A DNA stretch of 27,408 bases from Cyanophora paradoxa CCMP329 (Eukaryota > Plantae > Glaucophyta): NCBI GenBank assembly GCA_004431415.1, contig QPMI01000387.1, positions 1-27,408 of the forward strand, written 5' to 3'. Shown here piece after piece: positions 19,243 through 27,408 of this stretch (within the stretch, counting starts at the first letter, position 1; each line of letters starts with the position of its first letter). The notes beneath the pieces were generated by a model. That model saw only the letters and a program-made list of their open reading frames with translations, had not been told where the DNA came from and ran no database searches. A program made the translations under genes and the position numbers.

Positions 19243-21003
19243 TCAGAGGGCGATGGAAGCCGGGGAGGGGGCGGGCTGGGCCCCCCGGAGGGCGGCGTCG
19301 GTGAACCAGGCGAGCATGCGGTCGCCCATCGCCCGCGAGCTGTACTCCGCCTCGGCCCGCGCCCGGCAGGCCGCCCGGTCGATCTCCCCGAGCCGCGCGA
19401 CGGCCCCCGCGAGGGCGTCGACGTCGTCGGCGGGGACGAGGAAGCCGGAGACGCCGTCCTCGACGATCTCCTGCGGGCCGCCCCGCCGGTACGCGATGGC
19501 CGGGCAGCCGGCGGCGAGCGCCTCCACGACGACGTTGCCGAAGGCCTCCTCCCACTTGGGCGTCACGAGGAGGCCCCGGCCGCGCCCGAGGCGCTCGGCG
19601 AGCTCCTCGGTGGGGAGGAAGCCGGCGTAGGTGACCTGGGCCCCCGGGAACTGCTTGAGGATGGCGTCGAAGTAGGCCTGGTCCTGCATCGCCCCGAAGA
19701 CCTCAAGCGGCAGGCCCACCTGCGCGGCAGCGGCGGCTCGCGTCAGGAGGCCGCCGGGCGGGAGGCGCAGGGCCCGGGAGGGGCGGGGCGGGGCCGGGGG
19801 CGGGCCTTGACGGCGGCTTCGACGGCGTCCTCGAGGCCCTTCTCCTGCGCGATGCGGCCGACCCAGACAAGCGGGCCGTCCCCGCCCGCCGCGTTGAACT
19901 TGTACTTGCTCAGGTCGAACCCGTTCCCCACCGTCCGCATCGCACCCGCCTCTGCGCCCCCGCCGCCGCGTCGGCCGCGGCGCGGGGCCGGGAGAAGGGC
20001 GCGCACTGATGGGGAAGGTCTTGGCCTGGGCCTGCGTGTGGAAGGCGAGGGTCCAGGGGGCCACGTCGGCGATCTGCGGGGCCGGGGGCGTCGGGGTGCG
20101 GCGGGCGGGCGGGCGGGGCGGGGCGGGGCGGGCGGACGCGGGTGACGGCGAGGTCCATGGCCTCGTTGATGGAGCCCATGGAGATGAGGTGGCAGACGGG
20201 GACGCGGAGGAAGGGGGAGAGGTAGAGGGGCAGCCAGTCGAAGGCGAAGTTGACGACGAGGTCGGCCTCCTCCTGCCGCGCCAGCACGTACTCCCACATC
20301 CGCCCCAGCAGCGGGTCCGCCGGCATGCTGATCGGCTCGCTGTAGCCCAGCGCCTGCGCGTGCACCTGCGGCTGCCCGCCGATCTGCACGATGCTCTCGA
20401 TCCCCGGCAGCTCCGAGCCGGCCGCCGCCACGATCTCGACGTCCACGCCCCGCGCGATCAGCTCCTTGGCGATGTTGTAGAGGGTCAGCTCAACGCCCCC
20501 GCACATGCCCGAGCCGAACGCCCCGACCGGCTGCGGATCGGCCACATCGGCGGGGGATCCGGGCAGATTCGATCGGGCCGGGTTCAAACCGTGGAGACGA
20601 AGAGGACCTTGCGCCCCCGCCAGAACTCGGTGTGATCGGTCGGCGCTTTCGTCTGGGACTTCAGCGGCGGGCTCGCGATGGCGACCTGCGGGAGCCGTCA
20701 GCTTCTGATCCGGCTTATCATTGAGCGTAAGCGCATGCGGACCACGTGCGTGCGCTGGCCCGCGAATCTCCGAGTAGTGGCGGAAGCATTGAGCTTGGGA
20801 TCGACGTGGAAAGAGCGCGAGCCGGACAGGAAGCCGCCACGGAGACCTTGGTCCTGAATCGTGCGAACACGCTGGACGGCGATCCTGACGGGTGCGGAGC
20901 TCGAGGCCTGGCTAGCAGCAGAATGTTTGCAGTTGTGTGTAATGCTGGCCGCCCGGCTGGCCGCTCGGACGGGGGCGGGGGAGATTCCGGCGAAGGCGGC
21001 CAT
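19243..21003 (-). CDS. pgtA: Plastid-targeted GT4/GT-B glycosyltransferase, cyanobacterial pteridine glycosyltransferase type (UDP-glucose:tetrahydrobiopterin glucosyltransferase-like)
   Basis: Transit peptide MAAFAGISPAPVRAASRAAS...; mature part VLFVST|PVGAFGSGMCGGVELTL, DLVVNFAFDWLPLYLSPFLRVPVCHLISMGS, LAFHTQAQAKTFP, WVGRIAQEKGLEDA, GLLVTPKWEEAFGNVVVEALAAGCPAIAYRRGGP.EI, IDRAACRARAEAEYS. These match, from recall, Synechococcus BGluT along its whole length. About 5 introns. Confidence 0.88.
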
Positions 21004-21126
21004 ATCGGCTGCAGTGCAAGGGCGTGTGCAACTGTACCGATGCTGCAGCACGTGCCCTGCTCGCTGGATCGCTCTTCGGACGAACTGTTGGCTCGAACGG
21101 GGGGTACGCGTGCGTGGAGCTCAAAG
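21004..21126. promoter_or_regulatory. Compact bidirectional promoter/5' UTR region (123 bp between divergent ATGs)
   Basis: Glycosyltransferase ATG at 21003 (-) and ARP8 ATG at 21127 (+). Confidence 0.6.
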
Positions 21127-23553
21127 ATGGAGGACGGCGAGAGCGTCGTGGTGATCCACCCGGGCTCGCGCTTCCTCCGCATTGGATTAGCCAACCAGCT
21201 CCTGCCGCTCGAGCTGCCGCACTGGTAGCTTAAACCCGCCACCGCGCGTCCCCGCCTCACCCGGCGCGCTCCCGGCAGCATCGCGCGGCGTCGCTACGAT
21301 GGCAAGCCAATGGTGCGCCGCACAGCTAACGTCGCGCGGTCCCGATGGTCCGTCGCCACCGACGACGACGACCGGGGCGCAGCACGAGCTGTACGAGAAG
21401 GAGACGGCGCTGAGCGAGAAGGAGACGCACGCTCGGGAGCGCGAGGTGCGCGGCTCGCCCTGCAGCAACGCCCGCGCCGCCCGCGGCAGCGGCCGAGGAC
21501 GCTGCGGGCCCGTATCACCCGATGCGCGGCTGAGGCGGGGCACGGCGGCGCAGTGGAAGAAAACAGAGGAGGAGCTCGAGTCGATCCGACAGGCGGCGGC
21601 GGCGCAGGCGGCGGGGGCGGCGGCGGCGCAGCCGACGGGGGGCCGCAAGCGCGCGCGGACGGCGCAGAAGGTCGCCTCGTCGGCCGCGGAGGTGCGCCAC
21701 GCCCGCGTGCGCGCCGCCGCCTCACCTACGCCGCCGCGGACGGGGCGGGCGGGGCGCAGGCGGTGGCGCCGTGCCCGCCGCGGGTGGCGGAGGCCGGGGA
21801 CGACCCGACGTGGTGGACGCCGACGGCGCTGCCGGGGCGCAAGGCCCCGCCCTTCTTCGTCGGCCACGACGCCCTCCAGATCGCCGACGAGGACGCCTAG
21901 TCCGCCCCGCCCCGCCCCGCCCCGCCCCGCCCCAGAGCCGGGCCGGGGCGGCTGAGGCGCTGGGGCAGCGAGCTGCACTGGCCGATGCGGGGCGGCTTCT
22001 TCAACGTGGGGCAGGCCTCGGGCAACGCCGACCCCGCCGACGAGCTCCAGGCCCGCCCCGCCCGCCCCGCCCGCCCCCGCGTGGCCCCGGGCCGCGGCCG
22101 AGGCGGGGTGCGTGGGCGCAGCGGGTGCTGGACGACCTGCAGGAGATCTGGACCTTCGCGCTGCTGCAGATAAAGGCCCGGCCCTTCCGCGACCCGCACC
22201 CGGCGAGCCGCGAGATCTCCCACCGCGCCACGCCCGTCTTCCCGCACCTGCGCGCCGTCCTCGCCGTCCCGGACAGCTTCGAGCGGCGGGAGGTCAAGGA
22301 GCTGATGGGCCTGCTGCTGGTGCGGCTGGGCTTCGCGGGGGCGCTGGTGCAGCAGGAGGCGGTGTGCGCGTGCTACGGCGTCGGCCTCTCCACCGCCTGC
22401 GTCGTCGACCTCGGCCACGAGAAGACCTCCGTCGCCGTCGTCGACGAGGGCGCCGTCGCCCCCGCCGCCCGCCTCCACATGCCCTACGGCGGCGCCGACC
22501 TCGCCCGCCTCATGCTCTGGCTCTGGCGGAGCCCCGCGCTCAACCCCGCCTACCCCTGGGACGCCCCCGACTTCGACCTCGCCCGGCCCCTCGACGCCCT
22601 CGCCCTCGACCGGGTCCGCGCCCCCCTCGCCCCCGCTCCGCCGCCTCCTCCGCCGCCGAGGCCTGGCCTCAGGTGAAGGAGGCGGTGGCGACGGTCGGCT
22701 CGCAGCGGGAGGCGGCCGAGTACAGCCTCACCCTCCGCCGCCGCGGGCGGCCCACGCGCACCGTCACCGGCAAGGCACGCCCCATCGACCCCTCCCCCGC
22801 CTCCTCCTCCCTCGCCGGCGGGGCCTGAGGCGCGGCGCCGCGCAGGTGGGCCACCCCGTGACGGCGGTGGGCGTCGCCTACTTCCACCCGGCGCTCCTCG
22901 AGCCCCTCCCCGCCCGCGGCCCCGCCACCTACTCCGAAACCGGTCCGCCCCGCCCCGCCCCGCCCCGGCATCCCGCCCCGGCCGCCCTTCCGAGCGCCCC
23001 GCAGACGCCTTCCCCGACGACCCGTCGTTGCCGGCGCCGGCGGCGGCGGAGGCGGCGCCGGCGCTCGTCGGCCCCAAGGGCCACCTGCTGCCCGGCGTGC
23101 GGCAGGCGCGGGGCGGGGCCCCCGCCTTCGACCCGCAGGCCCCCCTGCCCCTCGACGAGGCCATCGCCGCCGCCGTCTGCCGCTACGGTGCCGTCCCCGC
23201 CCCCGCGCTGCCGCCCCCGCCGCGCTGACAGGCCCCACCGCGGCGGGGCAGACAAGGCGGAGCGGCGGAAGGTGCTCTTCCAGAACATCCTGCTGGTGGG
23301 GGGCGGGGCGCGCCTCGCGGGCCTCGCGGGGGAGGTCGAGGAGCGCGTCCTGCAGCGCATCCCCTCCCACGAGGAGGCCGAGACGGTGTCGGTGGTCGCC
23401 CCCACGGCGGAGCGGGCGCCCCAGACGACGGTCTGGCGCGGCGCGGCGATCGCGGCGCGGCTGGAGGGGGCGGCGGAGGCCTTCGTGCCCGTCTCCAACT
23501 TCCGCTACTGGGGCGACCGCGCCCTCCGCGAGCGTGCCCTCTTCCCCTTCTAG
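21127..23553 (+). CDS. ARP8: Actin-related protein 8 (INO80 subunit; plant ARP9-like)
   Basis: VVVIHPGSRFLRIG (ARP8 signature); FFVGHDAL; LHWPMRGGFFN; LDDLQEIW; AVLAVPDSFERREVKELMGLLL..LGF...QQEAVCACYGVGLSTACVVDLGHEKTSV.VVDEG; LDEAI; ILLVGGG; WRGAAI; WGDRALRERALFPF*. Confidence 0.92.
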
Positions 23554-23739
23554 CCGCCCCGCCCCGCCCAGCGCCTCCTCGAGCTCGCCGCCCCGAGTCC
23601 CCCATGCGCCCTCTCCCGTACGCGTGTGGCCCGATCACTGTTCCAAAAAAACAACTCAAGGTGCTGGGCTCTAAACATGATTCATGGATTATATTTAGAG
23701 GGCGGACTGGCACTCGGGAGAGGCGGAGGGCCCGGGGTT

Positions 23740-26598
23740 TCATGCGGGGCGAGAGCCGCGGCGGGAGGAGCCCGTAACGGTGGCGACGGCGGCGGCTGCG
23801 GCGGCTGCGGCGGTGGCGGCGGCGGCCTCGGCGATGGGCTGGATGACGCCGGGGCCCTCGCTGCCCTCCAGCTCGGGGCTGGCGCCCGGCGTGGAGAGCA
23901 GCGTGACGGTCATCGTGCTCTGCACCCGCACCTCGTGCTGCACGGCGGCGCCCTCCCCGTGCGAGGCCGGCGCCGCCGCCACCCACGCGCGCGTGACGCT
24001 CGGCTTGCTCCCCAGCAGCGGCTTGCCGCCGGCGCGGAAGCTGGCGGGGAGGAGGGGGAAGAGGCGGGGGACGGGGACCGGGAGGGCCTCCATGAGGGGC
24101 CGCCGGGGCGGCGGGCCCAGGAACTCGTCGGGGATGCCGGCCGCCCGCCCCAGCTCCCGCAGGCCCCCGCCCCCGCCCTCCAGCCGCGCCTCCCCGAGGG
24201 CGGGGCCCGGGCCCGGGGCGGGGGCGGGTGCCTCGTCGAGGCGACGCCAGAAGGCGTCGCAGGCGACGGCGCCCTCCACCGCGAACCCGCACGCCGGGAA
24301 CGCGTCCGCGAAGGCCGCCATCAGCCTGCCCGCCCCCCGCTCGGCCCGAGGCGCGGGGGCCGGGGCGGGCGCGAGGGCGGGGGCGGGGGCGGGGGCGGAC
24401 GGGGTGACGATGAAGGCGAGGAAGCCGAGCTGGGACTTGGGGACGGAGGTCGCGGCGCGGTCCATGAAGGGCGAGACATCCATCCCCAGCTCCTTCTCCC
24501 GGTCCCCCTGCGCGAAGAACTCGTGCAGGATCCCTGCCCCCCGGCCCCGGCCCCGCCTCAGCTCCCGCGGGGCGGGCCGGGGCGCAGCGGGGCGGGGCGG
24601 GGCGGGGCGGACGGAGGGTCCAGGGCGCGGCCTGCTTGGGCCCCTTGGCGCTCGCCCCGACGTCCGCGCACTGCGGGCGCCTTAGGATGAGCGCAGGGCG
24701 GAGGGCGGAGGGCGCGGGGGCCGGGGCGGGCCTTGAGGGCGATGCGGAGGGCGAGCTCGACGCCCTCGGCCTCGTCCTCCGAGGGCGGGGCCCCGGGGGT
24801 CCCTGAGGGCAGCTTCCCCTGCGCCTGCGCCCCCCGGAACTCGCCCAGCAGCCGGAAGTGGCTCGCCATCTGACGCCCATGCCCCGCCCCGTCAGAGGGG
24901 CGGGGCGGGAGCAGCGGGGGCGGGGGCGGGGCGGGCGTCGGTGGCGAGGATGAGGGAGACGGCGATGCGGCGGAACTCGCGCCGCTGCGACACCTCCAGC
25001 GCCTGCGCGCGCCCCCGCCCGTCAGATCCCGGCGCTCCCCAGCGTCTTCGAGCCGGCGGGGCGGGGCGGGGCCGGGGGCAGGCGGGCCTGCATGAAGTCG
25101 TTGGCGGGCTGGCGGAGGATGCGGAAGAGGGTCGACGCGTGGTGGTTCTGCGCCCGCGTCAGGGGAGCCGGGGCGGGGCGGGGCGGGGCGGGGGGCGGGC
25201 CTCGAGGACGGCGAGATCGTTGTGCGTGAGGGCGCGCTCGAGCCCGCACGCCACGTGGAAGCCGTTGTTCAGCCCCTGCGCCCCGCCCTCGGGAAAGGAG
25301 GGCGGGGGCCGGGGGGTTGCCCGGGCCCGGGGCGCACGGGGTGGTCGGCGTCGTGGCCGAGGGCGGCGACGAGGGCGGCGAGCAGCTCCAGCTCCGTCAT
25401 CCGCGCCGCCAGCCCCGACGCCGTCAGCAGCACGTGCAGGTTCTGGCCCCTCCGTCAGCCCTGCCCGGCCCCGCGGAGGGGCCGGCGGCGGCGACCCTCG
25501 GGCGGGGCCGCACCTGCGCTACGTCCGCCGCGTGCGCCCCGCAGTGGTCTGTGCGCGGAGCCGCGGGCGTTGGCCGGCGCGCCGCGAAGGAGAAGGGCGG
25601 GGGCGGGGGCGGGGCGGGCGGACAGGGCACGGGGAGGTAGGAGGCCTCGAGGGCGGCGAGGAAGGAGAGGAGCTTGCCCTGCGCCCAGCCCGGCCCCCCT
25701 CAGAGCAAGCTCCGGACGGGGCCTGGGCCTGGGCGGGGCGGGGCGGGCCTCGTCGAGGGAGAGCTTGTCGACGAGGCCGTGGCGGTGGAGGATGGCCATG
25801 CCGACCGTCTGCAGCGGCCGCCCCGCGAGCTCGTCGAGCCGCAGCGCGTCGACGCCGCCCCACTCGTCCAGGCGCCCCAGCATCGCCCCCACCTCCGCCT
25901 CCACGGGGCCCCCGAGCCCCCGCGGCGTCTCCCCGCCCAGCGAGCCCCGGCCTCCGTTCCCCTGCGCCCCGCCTCGCCTCGGCGCCGCCCGGCGTGCCGC
26001 GGGCGGGCGGGAGGGCGGGGAGGGCGGGGGCGCACGGCGTGGCTGCTGCCCTTGAGGCGGGAGGCCTTGACGCCCGTGGAGGCGGTGCGGCTGGCGCCCG
26101 GCGGGCCGAGCCGGCCGGCAGGAACTGCCCCGCCCCGCGCGGCGCGTGAGAGGCGGCGCGCCAGGCCGGGGCGGGGCGGGGGCGGGGCGGGCGGACGCCG
26201 CGGAGCCACTGGCGGGTGGCGGGGTCGAGGTCGCCGGCGGCGGCGTCGTCGAGGAGGGCCGGGGCGAGCAGGCTCCCCGGGCCCTGCAGCAGGCCCCGCA
26301 GCTCCTCCAGCTCCTCCCGCAGCTGCCCCGCCCGCCCCGCCCCCGGCCGTGAGCGCCCGCGAGGCCGCCGGGGCCGGGGCCGGAGGCGGGGCGCGGGGGC
26401 GGGCACCCGGGGGCGAGGCCGGCCTGGGCGCAGAGCCCGTCCAGGCGCTCCAGGATCCGCTCCAGCGGCGTCTCAGCGAACTCGGCCGCCGCCGTCGCGC
26501 TCCCGGCCTCGCTCCCGCGGCGCGGCGCCTGCCGGGTGGGGAGTCGGGGCCGGGAAGAAGGGACCGGCGGGGCGGGCGGGCGGGCGGGGCGGGCGGGG

Positions 26599-26637
<39 letters not shown>

Positions 26638-27408
26638 CGGGCGGACGAGGGAGGCGGCGTCGGAGCCGGTGCGGGCGGTGCGGGCGGTGCGAATCGAGGC
26701 CGCCGTCCCGTCCCCACCCGCGAAGCGCCGCGCCATCACCGATGCCCGCCGCGCGTGCACGTGCGTTGTCGACGTCTGCAGCGCGTCAGTCGGGGGCCCG
26801 CCGCCCGCCCCGCCCCGCCCGGGCCCGCCCCGGGCCCCGCACCTGCCGCGATCCGGCAACGGAAGCGCCCGAGACGCTCGCCAGCGACTGCCGCCGCCGC
26901 TGCCGCGCCGCTGCCGCCCCCGATCGGCCCGGGGCAGCGCGGGGCGCGAGGGCAGGGAGGGGCGGACCCTCAGAGACGGGACGGACGGGACGGCGACGGC
27001 CTCGACGGGTTCCGCCTGCGACTCGAGGCGCCAGCCGCGCGCCACCAGCCTGCGCCGCGTCGGCCCCGCGCGAAGCGGCGGGGCCCCGGGGCGCGCACCC
27101 GCCGAGGGCGATCTGCGCGGCGGCCAGCAGGATCCCGAGGTACGCGTCCGTCCTGAGAAGCGGCCTCAGCGGCCGGCGGGGCGGCCGGCGGGGCGGGGAG
27201 CGCAGCGCGGGGCGGGGCGCACGCGGGGGCGTCGGAGGGGCGGAGCGGGAGGCCGCCGAGGAGGCCGAGGAAGGCGACGAGGCTGGCGAGGCGGACGAGG
27301 GCGGCCAGAGGCAGCGCCACGCCGGCCGCGCAGCACAGCGGCACCCCGAAGACCGCCGAGAAGGCCTGCCCCGCCCGCGTCGGTGGGCGGCCCGGCGCGG
27401 GACGGGGG
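23740..27408 (-). CDS. Class I 3',5'-cyclic nucleotide phosphodiesterase with an upstream hydrophobic segment (5' end outside window)
   Basis: Spliced catalytic motifs: VPYHCGAHAADVAQ, ALGHDADHP|GLNNGF, HNDLAVLE|NHHASTLF, LILATD|MASHF, ALK|CADVG, EFFAQGDREKELGMDVSPFMDR...PKSQLGFLAFIVTP. Hydrophobic stretch at about 27250-27360. Stop 23740. Confidence 0.92.

Noticed and set aside
19243-21003. Cyanobacterial contamination as the source of the glycosyltransferase
   Set aside because: The gene has host-style spliceosomal introns and a transit peptide, and is contiguous with ARP8.
25540-25640. PDE apparently lacking the YHN motif (track shows DHCGAH)
   Set aside because: Splicing (T|AC) restores YHCGAHAADV, and the metal-binding His, HD and Asp residues are present, so it is probably active.
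26602-26637. G36 tract as a functional G-quadruplex element
   Set aside because: It is an extreme case of the C-rich 5' intron arm on the minus strand, and homopolymer length is error-prone in sequencing.
2162-27408. Purine-nucleotide gene cluster (PDE to AMP deaminase, plus HD hydrolase)
   Set aside because: The genes are more than 17 kb apart, separated by unrelated genes, and the HD gene is truncated; co-location is probably chance.
1-27408. tRNA, rRNA or snRNA genes
   Set aside because: No recognisable cloverleaf or conserved RNA motifs found by eye; a covariance-model search was not possible.

Overview
Very GC-rich, intron-dense eukaryotic nuclear DNA. Two genes carry N-terminal plastid transit peptides with Phe at position 4 (MQAF..., MAAF...) and no signal peptide. 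With the short GC-rich introns, this suggests a glaucophyte such as Cyanophora (inference). The ORF track is mostly GC-driven noise, so genes were rebuilt by hand-splicing. In order: 3' end of a coiled-coil gene (+); plastid-targeted zinc-ribbon + RRM protein (-); AMP deaminase (-); C2H2/topoisomerase-type Zn-ribbon/SAP protein (-); Vac1/Pep7-like double-FYVE protein (+); F-box-like protein (+); a rearranged block at 14.2-18.9 kb; plastid-targeted cyanobacterial-type pteridine (tetrahydrobiopterin) glycosyltransferase (-); ARP8 (+); class I cyclic-nucleotide phosphodiesterase (-, 5' end outside the window). The rearranged block holds a truncated HD-domain gene fused in frame to an inverted copy of part of its neighbour, a RING-TRAF-coiled-coil-beta-helix gene with five tandem exon+intron units, and a duplicated last exon of the F-box gene. 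Highlights: an intron-containing nuclear pteridine glycosyltransferase; about 40% GC-AG introns, many with C-rich 5' and G-rich 3' arms; and a very recent chimeric gene with microhomology-bounded junctions. Exon boundaries are manual and some are approximate.
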